From positions 21,624-85,623 of the forward strand of contig JAGORQ010000001.1 in NCBI GenBank assembly GCA_018062705.1: DNA of 64,000 nucleotides. The letters run 5' to 3'. This stretch comes from Candidatus Shapirobacteria bacterium (lineage in GTDB: Bacteria > Patescibacteriota > Microgenomatia > UBA12405). The notes below the pieces were generated by a model. That model saw nothing but the letters and a program-made list of their open reading frames with translations. It made no database searches and was not told the origin of the DNA. The translations under genes were made by a program, and so were the position numbers. Shown piece after piece: positions 55,058 to 64,000 of this stretch. Within the stretch, counting starts at the first letter, position 1, and every line of letters begins with the position of its first letter.

Positions 55058-56044
55058 TTAGCTTTCAACTACTTTTTTTAACTCGTTTAATAAATTATCT
55101 TCAACTTCTATTTCACCTGCATCTAGCCTTGACTTGGTGGTCTTGTCGCCTTTTTCGCCAGGCATAAATATTTCATCAACTCCGGGCATTTTTTTGGTTG
55201 ATTTTACTTTGGTAGCTAACTCGGAAGTTTGTTTTTTAAAATCATTTATGTCTACTAACATTGTAGGATCAATGGCATAAATCAAGTTCCCCCAACCTTT
55301 TTCCGGACTGATACCAACATAAGAAGCGGCAATTAATGGACCAGTAAACATTTCGACAATAAGTGAAAGTGAAGCGCCTTTGTAGGATCCATCAAATGGT
55401 CGGATTGCCCCTTCCATAGCTAAGGCTGGATTAGTGGTTAAATTGCCTTGTTCATCGTAGGCAATACCTTCGGGAATTTGACGACCGGCAGTTTTGGCTT
55501 CAATTAATCCAAAATAAGGCATGGCTGATGTAGCCATATCTAAAACCACCGGCTCACTATCTGTTGGGACGCCAATAGCAAATGGATTGGTACCAAATAT
55601 TGCCTGATAAGAACCGTGATAATTTACACTAGGTGGCGAACCGGCAAATACAAAACCAATTAAATTTTCTTTAGCAATTTGGCGGGCAAAATAACCGATG
55701 GCGCCAGTTGAAGTTGAAGTATTATTGATACCAACAATTCCAAAACCATGCTCTTTGGCTTTTAAAATTGCCGTTTCGACGGCTTTTTTCATAACCACCA
55801 TACCCTGATTGTGGGCACCATCGAGTAGGGAGGAGAGTTTTGTTTCTTTGATGGTTTTGATTTCTGACGCAGTTGGGTCTTTGGGAATTCCTTTACCAAT
55901 TAATTTAACAACTCCTTGATTATTACCCCTAAGTTGGGCATACATTAAAACTTCGGAAATTATGTTGACTTCTTCTGGTTGATAACCATATTTAACCAAA
56001 GCTTTATCGACAAGTGTTTTTAGTTCGGAAATTGATATTTTCAT
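55058..56044 (-). CDS. Ldh_2-family malate/L-lactate/sulfolactate dehydrogenase
   Basis: Overall Ldh_2 family pattern (N-terminal YGYQPEE...AQLRGNNQG, C-terminal EKGDKTT). Confidence 0.65.
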   Translation of the reverse strand: MKISISELKTLVDKALVKYGYQPEEVNIISEVLMYAQLRGNNQGVVKLIGKGIPKDPTASEIKTIKETKLSSLLDGAHNQGMVVMKKAVETAILKAKEHGFGIVGINNTSTSTGAIGYFARQIAKENLIGFVFAGSPPSVNYHGSYQAIFGTNPFAIGVPTDSEPVVLDMATSAMPYFGLIEAKTAGRQIPEGIAYDEQGNLTTNPALAMEGAIRPFDGSYKGASLSLIVEMFTGPLIAASYVGISPEKGWGNLIYAIDPTMLVDINDFKKQTSELATKVKSTKKMPGVDEIFMPGEKGDKTTKSRLDAGEIEVEDNLLNELKKVVES

Positions 56045-56050
56045 ATTGTC

Positions 56051-57238
56051 CTATTGTATAACAATCGATTGCTTTTTTTGGAAAAATAAAAATGAGGCGG
56101 TGATGAAGAGTAAAATTAGTCCGATGATGGTATAGATAATTGGACTTTGAAATAGACCGATAAAATACATGCCAAGCCAGACACCGACAGCACTAAAAAA
56201 TGAAGAAAACATGTTGACAAAGGAAATTGAGGTGGCACGCTCTCGGGAACTTAACTCTTGATTTAAATAAGTGTCAGAAATTATTGGGGCAGTAGCAGTG
56301 ATCATTTCAATTAATAAAATAATACTCACTCCACCAATAAAACCGGCTATTTTTGATGGAAGTAAAACCAAAACTACCAGTAATAAATAGGTGTAGATGA
56401 CTTTGTTTTGGGAAAAACGAATAATTAGATGACCAATCACCATAACCGCAATTGTTTTGAGAATCGCACTAACTCCAAATAACAAACTTTGATTTTTGGC
56501 ATCGAGTCCTAAATCAATGGCATAGGAATAATTGAGATATTCACGAAAAATTACTCCAAAAGAAATTGCCGTAACCGACATTAGAGCAATTAATTTGATC
56601 CGTGATGAATGACTGATTGCCTTGAAACCATCGACAATCATTTGCCGATAACCAGTCCAGGAAAACTGCTGACTATCAATTGTCGGTTCGTTGACAAAAA
56701 ACCAGATGATAATTTCAACAAGACTGGTAACTCCGTACAACAAATAGGGTAGTGGACCCCAGAGGTTAAAAAGATAACCACCAGCAAAAGAACCAATGAT
56801 AATTCCGATACGAGAAATAGTTGAGGCAAGAGAATTAATTTTGGAAAAACTTTTTTCGTGGCCGACTGACAACAAGTGATCATAAATTAGCGCGGTATTG
56901 GAACCCGAGACAAAAGCCCCAGCCACCCCCCAGAGAAGTGAGCCAATTATTAAGTGGGTACTGTTAGTGGCAAAAGCAACGGTAAAGGCGGCCAGGGCAA
57001 TGCCAATTTTGCCAATAATAATTGAAGTTTTGCGGCCAAAAACATCAGCAAAAGCACCGGTGGGCACTTCCAAAAACATAGTTAAAATAATACCGATACT
57101 TTCAATTAATCCGACGGTAGACATGGGGATAAACCGGGTATACCAGATTAACCAAATAGGCAGTAAAAACTTCATGCCTTCAAAAAATGAGGAAAGATAG
57201 TAGAGACGAATGTTTTTGTCGGTGGACATGTTTGGCAT
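56051..57238 (-). CDS. MFS transporter
   Basis: 12 TM helices. Loop 2-3 motif (GAFADVFGRK). Confidence 0.8.
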   Translation of the reverse strand: MPNMSTDKNIRLYYLSSFFEGMKFLLPIWLIWYTRFIPMSTVGLIESIGIILTMFLEVPTGAFADVFGRKTSIIIGKIGIALAAFTVAFATNSTHLIIGSLLWGVAGAFVSGSNTALIYDHLLSVGHEKSFSKINSLASTISRIGIIIGSFAGGYLFNLWGPLPYLLYGVTSLVEIIIWFFVNEPTIDSQQFSWTGYRQMIVDGFKAISHSSRIKLIALMSVTAISFGVIFREYLNYSYAIDLGLDAKNQSLLFGVSAILKTIAVMVIGHLIIRFSQNKVIYTYLLLVVLVLLPSKIAGFIGGVSIILLIEMITATAPIISDTYLNQELSSRERATSISFVNMFSSFFSAVGVWLGMYFIGLFQSPIIYTIIGLILLFITASFLFFQKKQSIVIQ

Positions 57239-57267
57239 ATTTTATAACAATTACTTTTTATTGGGCT

Positions 57268-57323
57268 GGGGAGATTCCAACGAGATTGCTTCTCCTTCGA
57301 CTTCGCTCAGGATCGCAATGACG
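57268..57323. repeat. Family C module copy (GAGATTCCAACGAGATTGCTTCTCCTTCGACTTCGCTCAGGATCGCAATGACG) upstream of the MFS gene, in a divergent promoter region
   Basis: Shares the CCAACGAGATTGC, CTTCGACTTCGCTCAGG and CGCAATGACG submodules with C1-C3. Confidence 0.5.
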
Positions 57324-57375
57324 ACTTGGTTTATTTTTTAATTCAAGAAGAAACGGGAAACTGTATAATGAAATT

Positions 57376-57837
57376 ATGAAATGGATTCAGGGAGTGTTGA
57401 TAGTGCTAGTGCTGGGGGTATGGTGGAACGTGAGACTGGTGGAAAAAAAATTAATTGAGAAACAAAGCAACAAAGTTGAAACAAAAGTAATTGAAGCTGG
57501 GACTGATAATCAAGACTTGGCAATTCAAATTGATAATCTAAAAAAAGAGGTGAATGAACTAAAAAAACAACAGAGTAAAAGTCAGGTACTGGGAGCCAAT
57601 ATTGGTGGGGACCCAACAACTGTCCTGGGCACTGGATTTATCAAAATTCGCGACGAAAAATGGACAACGATAGAGGTGTTTGAAAAACCACTAGCATCGG
57701 CTAAAGTAGTGGGTAGTATTAATTTTGGAAAATTAATTTACTATACCAAGCAAGAACCGGGGTGGTATTTGGTGGAATATTTGGATGGTAAATACGGCTG
57801 GGTGCAAAACCAGTTTATGGAGGAGATAACTGAATGA
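57376..57837 (+). CDS. Membrane-anchored protein with a coiled coil and a C-terminal bacterial SH3-like domain
   Basis: N-terminal TM, coiled coil (DNLKKEVNELKKQQ), C-terminal GWYLVEYLDGKYGWV (SH3b-like). Confidence 0.4.
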   Translation: MKWIQGVLIVLVLGVWWNVRLVEKKLIEKQSNKVETKVIEAGTDNQDLAIQIDNLKKEVNELKKQQSKSQVLGANIGGDPTTVLGTGFIKIRDEKWTTIEVFEKPLASAKVVGSINFGKLIYYTKQEPGWYLVEYLDGKYGWVQNQFMEEITE

Positions 57838-58640
57838 CAATACTAGGCAAAATACTCTACTGGTACAGTTTCTTTTTGCTGATGTTGATATTGGTGTCTG
57901 GATTAGCGCTGGGTAGTGCCAACCGAAACACGGGGACACTAACTATCGTTGGTTTGATGTTGAGTTATTTTGGGTTGAAGAGATTAAAAGTAAAAATACT
58001 GCCAAATATTATAAGTTTTGTAGGGGCAATGGTGGGGATAGTGCTATTGGCAATGAATGCTGGCAGAGCCCAATCCCCTTATCAATTGACATTGGGATTA
58101 ATCTTTGGACCGGTGGCATTATTTTTTTGGCTGGAAATGGCTGAATGGATAGGAGAGGGGTGGAAAAAAATTAATTTGAAAAAATTTAAGAATTTAGAAT
58201 TTAAAAATTTAGAAACTAGAAAAGGAGAAGAAGGAGAAGTGATAAGAAGCAATGTGACTGATGAAGACAGACGGCGGTTTTTAAAAATAGTGGGTGGAAC
58301 TAGCCTAGGAATTGTGGCATTGTCACTAATTAACCCCAAAAAAGCTGGGGCGGCGTTTTTTGGAAGTGTGCCAGGTCCAGGGACAGTGGCCCTAAAAGAT
58401 AGTGGTGGAGTGAAAATTGACCCGGCAATAAAACAACCGACAGATGGATATAAAATTAGCCAGGTGGACGACTCAACTGCACCGGCATATTACGGTTATG
58501 TAAACAACGGTGGTGCCTGGTACATAATGAAGGAAGAAGCAGATGGTAGCTATCGCTATGTGCGAGGCGCAAGTGGATTTTCGACTGGCTGGACAAATAG
58601 GGCGAGTCAAACCTATGATTATTTTGATGCAGTTTTTTAG
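57834..58640 (+). CDS. Membrane protein (4-5 TM) with an extracytoplasmic C-terminal domain; contains an internal twin-arginine-like motif
   Basis: ATGA-coupled to the upstream gene. The internal DEDRRRFLKIVGGTSLGIVALSLI resembles a Tat signal and is preceded by AAGGAG and an in-frame GTG. Confidence 0.4.
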   Translation: MTILGKILYWYSFFLLMLILVSGLALGSANRNTGTLTIVGLMLSYFGLKRLKVKILPNIISFVGAMVGIVLLAMNAGRAQSPYQLTLGLIFGPVALFFWLEMAEWIGEGWKKINLKKFKNLEFKNLETRKGEEGEVIRSNVTDEDRRRFLKIVGGTSLGIVALSLINPKKAGAAFFGSVPGPGTVALKDSGGVKIDPAIKQPTDGYKISQVDDSTAPAYYGYVNNGGAWYIMKEEADGSYRYVRGASGFSTGWTNRASQTYDYFDAVF

Positions 58641-58652
58641 ATATAATGCGGA

Positions 58653-59144
58653 ATGATAATAACTGACATAAATGGTAGCCAACGAGAGTGTGTGGAAACA
58701 CGAATTGACCCGCAATATCCAGGTTTTGTGACGGTGGTATATGCCTCAAAAAACCGACCGGGGGATAAACATGTGGAATGGTATCCGATGGAAGAGTTTA
58801 TGAAGCTGAACCCGGAAGTGGTGACAGTTCTGGGTGGTATGCCAAACACACCAAAGGATGATTTGGGGGTAGTGACCCACGCCGGAGAGATGTACATGGA
58901 GGATACAAAAAAAGATTGGCAAACAAATATCTATGTGGGATTTTATGTTTGGATTTCTCGAGGAGAGGGGGAGGCTCAGGTGCGCTTAATTAAAAGTAAT
59001 AGTAAAAACACATTAACAATAGATAGGGTGTGGGATAAGGTGCCCAACACAACCTCACAGTATGTGATTTCACATAATATTCATGATGTTAAAATATTAG
59101 GTAACGAATTGCCGACTATAAATTTACAAAAAACAAATCAATAA
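58653..59144 (+). CDS. Hypothetical protein
   Basis: 163-aa ORF in the same operon. Confidence 0.4.
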   Translation: MIITDINGSQRECVETRIDPQYPGFVTVVYASKNRPGDKHVEWYPMEEFMKLNPEVVTVLGGMPNTPKDDLGVVTHAGEMYMEDTKKDWQTNIYVGFYVWISRGEGEAQVRLIKSNSKNTLTIDRVWDKVPNTTSQYVISHNIHDVKILGNELPTINLQKTNQ

Positions 59145-59159
59145 TTTTTAACAAAGAAT

Positions 59160-59609
59160 ATGAAAAAGGAATATTGGTTGTTTGTTGCAATAGGATTACT
59201 GGTGTTGGCCTTGGTGATTGATTCGGTGTCAGGACCAATAAATTTGCCAATAAAAAATCAACTAGAATACTTTGACCCGACAATAATGCAAAAATACCCG
59301 TTGACAACAGTGGGGATATTTTTTCGCAGTTTGGGAATTATTGTGGGATATGGACTGCTCTGGTCGTTATTTGAGAGATTGTATGGGATAAAGTTGATTG
59401 CAACCTTTTTGTTGACAGGGTTGATGGAATTGTTTGTGGTGCAACAATTGGCGACAGGGATGAGAACAGTTAATTTTCAGTGGATAATGGCGATTGCTGT
59501 GGCTGGAGCAGGATTTGGGTTGCCATTGGTTTATTACTTTGTAAGATTATTGATCCCATCACCAAGAGTACAAGTGGTGGTAGATGAAAATTCAAAGAGT
59601 GTGTTATAA
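59160..59609 (+). CDS. Hypothetical 4-TM membrane protein
   Basis: Four hydrophobic helices. Confidence 0.4.
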   Translation: MKKEYWLFVAIGLLVLALVIDSVSGPINLPIKNQLEYFDPTIMQKYPLTTVGIFFRSLGIIVGYGLLWSLFERLYGIKLIATFLLTGLMELFVVQQLATGMRTVNFQWIMAIAVAGAGFGLPLVYYFVRLLIPSPRVQVVVDENSKSVL

Positions 59610-59619
59610 GTAGCTAGCT

Positions 59620-60069
59620 ATGAAAAAAATAATAAAGAAGGAAGTGAAGAAAAAGGCGGTGGTGAAACCTGTTGATGTAGTGAAAGTTGAGGAGGTGGTT
59701 TTGGAGGTAAAAAAAGTTGAACCGGTAGTGAAGATTAAACCAGACTTAGTGAGCTTTTATAGTAATAATATTAGATGCACTTTTATGAATAACCAGTGGT
59801 ATTTTTCATTGGAGGATATTTTGAAAGTAGCTAAAGTGGTTGATCCAACTAAGATGCTAATTGAGCTTAAGAACTTAGAATCAATGAAAGACCGTTATTA
59901 TCATATGGTGGAAACTTTTAGTTATTATGATGAAGTTAATCCAGTGGTAATACCAATAGTAAACTATCAGTCTTTTGTGTCGATACTACCGGCAATTAGA
60001 GAAATGAGTTATGGAGTGCCTGGTCCGTTCCCGGAATGGCTGAGGTCAATGGCAAATCGAAAATTTTGA
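59620..60069 (+). CDS. Bro-N/KilA-N-like domain protein with a Lys/Val-rich N-terminus
   Basis: FYSNNIRCTFMNNQWYFSLEDILKVAKV resembles the Bro-N core (F..IR......WF...DV...L). Confidence 0.35.
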   Translation: MKKIIKKEVKKKAVVKPVDVVKVEEVVLEVKKVEPVVKIKPDLVSFYSNNIRCTFMNNQWYFSLEDILKVAKVVDPTKMLIELKNLESMKDRYYHMVETFSYYDEVNPVVIPIVNYQSFVSILPAIREMSYGVPGPFPEWLRSMANRKF

Positions 60070-60119
60070 AGACTGGTGTCTGATAAGTTGAGTTTGGCTT
60101 GCTATAATTTTGGTATCAC

Positions 60120-63100
60120 ATGGCCACGATTACAATGTACAACAGCATCAATATTGATGATGCATTTTCTCCAACTTTCGTTGCCATTGGTTATGGAGTG
60201 ACATCTGGATCATCAACTGCCGACACGACAGGAGCGTGGACTGCTCGGACTTTACCTTCATCATCAAATTGGAATTCTGTTTGTTATGGCAACAAACAAA
60301 TCGTCGCTGTCTCTGGCTCGACCACTGTTGCCGCTACAAGTCCAACTGGTGTTACCTGGACTGCACGTTCCTTGCCAGTTAGTGCTGTTTGGCAGTCGGT
60401 AGTTTATGGTACTCGCTTTGTCGCTATCGCCAATGGATCAACTGATACTGCCTATTCTGTGGACGGAATTAGTTGGACTAGTGGAGGTGCCCTTCCTAGC
60501 TCCGCCGCTTGGTTTTGTTTGGCTTATGGTGAGGGGACCTATGTTGCTGTTTCAACTACATCTTCTACTGCCGCCGCTTATTCAACTGATGCCGGCACAA
60601 GTTGGAACAGTGCTACTCTGCCGGCAACAGGCAATTGGCAATCAGTTACTTATGGCAACGGCACCTTTGTCGCCGTTGCTTATGGTGGAACTGATGCTGC
60701 TTATTCCGCCGATGGCACCACTTGGAATACTGCCACTTTACCCAGTTCTCAAAATTGGTCCAGTGTCACTTGGGGTAATCCAGGCAATACTGCTAACGGT
60801 GTTTTTGTTGCTGTTGCCTATGGTACGGCCATTGGAGCTATTTCCACCAATAATGGTGCCACTTGGACGCAGGTTTCCCTGGCTCCAGACGTGGTTGTAA
60901 ATGGTAGTTTTACAGGAAATGCTGATGGGTGGACTCTTGGTGCTGGTTGGACCTATGGTACCAACAATGTTGTCCATACATCAGGCACGGCTACCATCAC
61001 CCCCAACCCCGCCTTAACAATCGTTGCTGCTACTCAATACGAAGTTACCTATACTATTTCAGGATGTAGCAGTGGTTCAATTACTGCCAGAATTGGCAAC
61101 GTCAATGGTACTGCCAGGTCAACTAATGGCACCTATGTCGAAGTCATCACATCATCAAACACCAACAGCTTGATACTTACTCCTACTACTGATTTTGACG
61201 GAGCTATCGATGATATTAAAGTTCGCTATTCTGCCAACTGGAACTGTATTAGTTATGGAGAAATTTCTGCCCAAGGAGTTAAAGTGTTTACTGTTACTCC
61301 CTATGGACAGGCATTTACCGCAGTTTCCTTTGATGGTACTAACTGGTTTACCAAAACAATATCATCGGCTGCCAACTGGAAATATCACTGCTATGCCCCA
61401 GTAACTTGGAATTCAGGAGACACCCTCTCGATTCAAAATAATGCCACAATTACTGTTAATACAAACCAAACAAAATTTTGGAAAACTTTTACTGCCACTT
61501 ACGGTCAGCTTTCAATTCAAAATTCCAGTACCTCAGCCCCCATTGGCTTTTATATGGGGCGTGTTTCCGCAGCTACTGCCAACGATATTACCCCACTTTC
61601 TGGTGCTTTTAATATTGATATAGATGGTAACTGGATACAAATAGGAACTGGAACTGGTATCGCCGGACAGACCGTAACCGCTTCATTTTCAGAATATATT
61701 CCCAGTTTATGGATCGAGACTGGCAGTGGTACTGGCGTTTATGAAATTTGGAACAATATTACTGGTGCTACCGGTAATTACATGAATTTATTTGGTAAAG
61801 ATGGTCTTGAGTGGGCGGGGAGTGGTAAACAAGGGAACTACTTTGTTCAGACTCCAGCAACTAATCCCACTGAAATATTATCCTTATCTTCTGGTGCCAC
61901 TACCAATCAGTCTTATTTTGTAACGTGTACAGATACTACAGGTGTTTTGCCAGGTGCGTATATTACAGGAACCAATATTCCAGCAAACACGGTTGTTAAT
62001 AAAGTTGTTGATGGCACTACCCTCGAATTAAATGTTGTGTGCACTGCCACTGGTTCTGCATATACTTTTACTGTTTACAACCCTGTTCAATCTCAATGGA
62101 CAACTACAATTGTTTTTGGTAATGGAACCAATGGTAATTTGGTTCCCAGTGGTGCCAAAATTAGACAACCAAATATTTTAATTAGTGATATCACTAATGC
62201 TTCAATTTTGGGAGCCAATCATACAACTCAGGCTTACATTAATATGGGTAATGGTGGTCTAATAGATGCACGAATTTGTCTGTTTGGTGAGTCTTATGTA
62301 AATTTTGCCCAAGCGGCATCTGTTTACTTACGTAATGTTGGGTTTGCCTATCAATGGGCACTTTCAGAGTGTTACTCAGTAGATATGGATGGTATTGGCA
62401 ACGCCGCCAATCCTACTGTTTGGTATTATTCGGGTCAATGGATTATTCGAGACCCTCGTTATGGAATCTTGCCACCTTTTGGCTATACTGCATCTTCAGC
62501 CACAAGCAATGTTTCTATTTCCTACGTCCATAATGCAACTATAAAAAACTGGCACAAAGTAGTTTATTGTTCGGCTTATTTTACAGGCACTTCAATTCTG
62601 ATGCCAATCGACCTGTCATACACTGACGATGCTGTATTTGAAAATATTCGCTCTGTAGTCCTCATGCCACATCGTGCCATCCGCTGTTTTAATATTAGTG
62701 CTCGGGTGTATCGTACCACTTTTACCAACCTTGAGCTTTATGGTGCGAACCCTCTTCAAGTCGCCACCAGTGACAACAATACTTTTGCCGGCATAGAGTA
62801 CTCACTTGATATGTTTAAGCCTATAGTGGCCTTCAAATCAAATCATCGCTTGTCCCAGAAAGCTGATGGCACTCTACTTTCTGACAATGTTCCTGTTTAT
62901 ATAAAAACTCGAACATTTTTTTCTTGGGCGACTCGGGATATGTATTTTGAGTCGGGTGAGTACAGTGCCACTCCTTTTCAAAACAATTGGCTTTTTCCCG
63001 ACATAATTTCTGTCCGACCTACCGAATCTGTCCCTGCATCCGTTACTTTTAACTGGACACAGAGGGAACCTACCGCCGCCACCACCACTGCCTATGAAAT

Positions 63101-64000
63101 TCATAGATCAACATCTGAAGGTTTTACGGCTCGAAATACTGCCACAGCAGTTTTTCGTATTGCCACACCAGCCACAGTTACTTATGCAAATAGTCCCACT
63201 ACACCGGTTGTTGCCGGTGCCCCAAATCTTACATTTAATGTCAACAAGACTATTACAGCAGCATCGGCAATTTGGACTGCAAATGGCTTTGCTGTTGGAG
63301 ACGTGGTCGAAGTGACGGGAACTGTGGCTAATAATGGCACTTACACAATTACTACCCTAACTACTACGGTGATGACGGTCATGGAAACACTGGTTACTGA
63401 AGCAACTTATACTAGCGGTGCTACCGTTACAGGACGACCCCCGACATTAGACACCAAATATTACTACCGCATGCGCAAATTCCACAGCATTACGGCACAC
63501 GTAGACTGTTCTGTTGCTAGCGGTTCTACAACCATGACGTGTTCTAATATCAACACCAACTGGGGGTTTGACAAATTATATGCCGCCAAAGATTTTTATT
63601 ACGATTCTGGCTCTACTGTTATTCGCAACCGAAAATACAATTTATTTGCACTACCTTATTATCTTGGAGCCACCATTACTGGCCCTGGCATTCCCGCAGG
63701 CACAACTATTACTTATATAGACGCGGCCGGACAAAAATATAATATTAGTCAGGCGACCACATCGGCGCAGACAAATGCTACTGTCACTCTTCCAATTCAA
63801 GCTGGCATGGCAGTGGTTTGGCAAATAAACAGACCAGGAGAAGGGCTCCCTTACGGAAATACTGTTGCCAGTGTTGAAAGTGCAACTAGTCTGACCCTGA
63901 ATCAAGCTGCAACCGCTGATATTGCCTATCTTTCCAATGGTTCTTTTACTGGAAATGCTGATGGTTGGACTTTAACAGCTGGTTGGGCTTATGGAAGTAA
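60120..64000 (+). CDS. Giant BNR/Asp-box-repeat surface protein with Thr/Ser/Asn/Gly-rich beta-rich repeats (>1290 aa; 3' end beyond the window)
   Basis: Open frame from ATG 60120 (or 60135) to the window end with no stop. Absent from the ORF track because it is edge-truncated. Six ~45-aa N-terminal repeats each carry an Asp-box (YSVDGISW, YSTDAGTSW, YSADGTTW...) and W.SV.YGNG.FVAV. The internal motif LSNGSFTGNADGWTLxAGWxYG recurs about 3 kb apart (60895 and 63935). Confidence 0.7.
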   Translation, partial: MATITMYNSINIDDAFSPTFVAIGYGVTSGSSTADTTGAWTARTLPSSSNWNSVCYGNKQIVAVSGSTTVAATSPTGVTWTARSLPVSAVWQSVVYGTRFVAIANGSTDTAYSVDGISWTSGGALPSSAAWFCLAYGEGTYVAVSTTSSTAAAYSTDAGTSWNSATLPATGNWQSVTYGNGTFVAVAYGGTDAAYSADGTTWNTATLPSSQNWSSVTWGNPGNTANGVFVAVAYGTAIGAISTNNGATWTQVSLAPDVVVNGSFTGNADGWTLGAGWTYGTNNVVHTSGTATITPNPALTIVAATQYEVTYTISGCSSGSITARIGNVNGTARSTNGTYVEVITSSNTNSLILTPTTDFDGAIDDIKVRYSANWNCISYGEISAQGVKVFTVTPYGQAFTAVSFDGTNWFTKTISSAANWKYHCYAPVTWNSGDTLSIQNNATITVNTNQTKFWKTFTATYGQLSIQNSSTSAPIGFYMGRVSAATANDITPLSGAFNIDIDGNWIQIGTGTGIAGQTVTASFSEYIPSLWIETGSGTGVYEIWNNITGATGNYMNLFGKDGLEWAGSGKQGNYFVQTPATNPTEILSLSSGATTNQSYFVTCTDTTGVLPGAYITGTNIPANTVVNKVVDGTTLELNVVCTATGSAYTFTVYNPVQSQWTTTIVFGNGTNGNLVPSGAKIRQPNILISDITNASILGANHTTQAYINMGNGGLIDARICLFGESYVNFAQAASVYLRNVGFAYQWALSECYSVDMDGIGNAANPTVWYYSGQWIIRDPRYGILPPFGYTASSATSNVSISYVHNATIKNWHKVVYCSAYFTGTSILMPIDLSYTDDAVFENIRSVVLMPHRAIRCFNISARVYRTTFTNLELYGANPLQVATSDNNTFAGIEYSLDMFKPIVAFKSNHRLSQKADGTLLSDNVPVYIKTRTFFSWATRDMYFESGEYSATPFQNNWLFPDIISVRPTESVPASVTFNWTQREPTAATTTAYEIHRSTSEGFTARNTATAVFRIATPATVTYANSPTTPVVAGAPNLTFNVNKTITAASAIWTANGFAVGDVVEVTGTVANNGTYTITTLTTTVMTVMETLVTEATYTSGATVTGRPPTLDTKYYYRMRKFHSITAHVDCSVASGSTTMTCSNINTNWGFDKLYAAKDFYYDSGSTVIRNRKYNLFALPYYLGATITGPGIPAGTTITYIDAAGQKYNISQATTSAQTNATVTLPIQAGMAVVWQINRPGEGLPYGNTVASVESATSLTLNQAATADIAYLSNGSFTGNADGWTLTAGWAYGS

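Noticed and set aside
60406-63905. Track ORFs 60406..60900, 60738..60977(-), 61195..61404, 61441..61623, 62874..63104(-), 63094..63315, 63651..63905(-)
   Set aside because: All lie inside the long open frame (60120 to window end), which has coherent repeat structure (Asp-boxes) and is off-frame or antisense to them.
1-64000. tRNA and rRNA genes
   Set aside because: No cloverleaf-compatible GTTCGAATC/T-loop plus acceptor-stem combinations and no rRNA-like conserved blocks were seen on either strand.
1-64000. Alternative genetic code (UGA=Gly, code 25) as in some CPR lineages
   Set aside because: TGA works as a stop in ATGA overlaps (for example 17408..17411, 57834..57837) and at ends of well-conserved genes. 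The standard code fits.

Overview
This looks like a low-GC (roughly 38-40%) bacterial chromosomal segment. Its gene set (MurJ, bS20, MetRS, FolD, Map, Fe/Mn SOD, class E/F sortase, GT-C/GT39 glycosyltransferases, PilN-like, RRM protein, GreA, DinB, RarA) most resembles a small-genome Patescibacteria/CPR-type organism; that placement is inference. TGA is used as a stop codon (ATGA overlaps), so the standard code applies. About 75 protein-coding genes are called. These include a two-component system with an HlyD/ABC (MacAB-like) efflux operon and many scattered DNA-repair genes (Ogt, an ATL paralog, AlkD-like, UDG-like, SPL-like radical SAM, TatD, Cas4-like nuclease, DEDDh exonuclease, DinB, RarA). 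There are two IS200/RAYT-type HuH transposases. A giant (>1290 aa, truncated at the window end) BNR/Asp-box-repeat surface protein follows an operon of small membrane, SH3b and Bro-N-like proteins. No rRNA, tRNA or CRISPR was found. The most unusual content is at least six families of short palindromic or hairpin repeats, labelled A-F below. Family A is a 42-bp REP tandem array flanking RAYT1. Family B is GTAGAGACGC...GCGTCTCTAC palindromes, 8 copies. Family C is CGTCATTGCGA/CCAACGAGATTGC upstream modules. Family D is GATTTAAGA elements. Family E is a two-hairpin CCCTCTGTC...CTCCCTTTGAAGAAAGGGAGA element. Family F is a (TTACTAAT)n microsatellite. Several copies of B, D and E lie in-frame inside otherwise ordinary coding sequences (MetRS, RarA, a radical-SAM enzyme, a GT39 glycosyltransferase, the second RAYT), as Rickettsia palindromic elements (RPEs) do. 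The six-frame ORF track omits edge-truncated ORFs (the PilN-like gene at the start and the giant BNR gene at the end) and contains repeat-translation artefacts.
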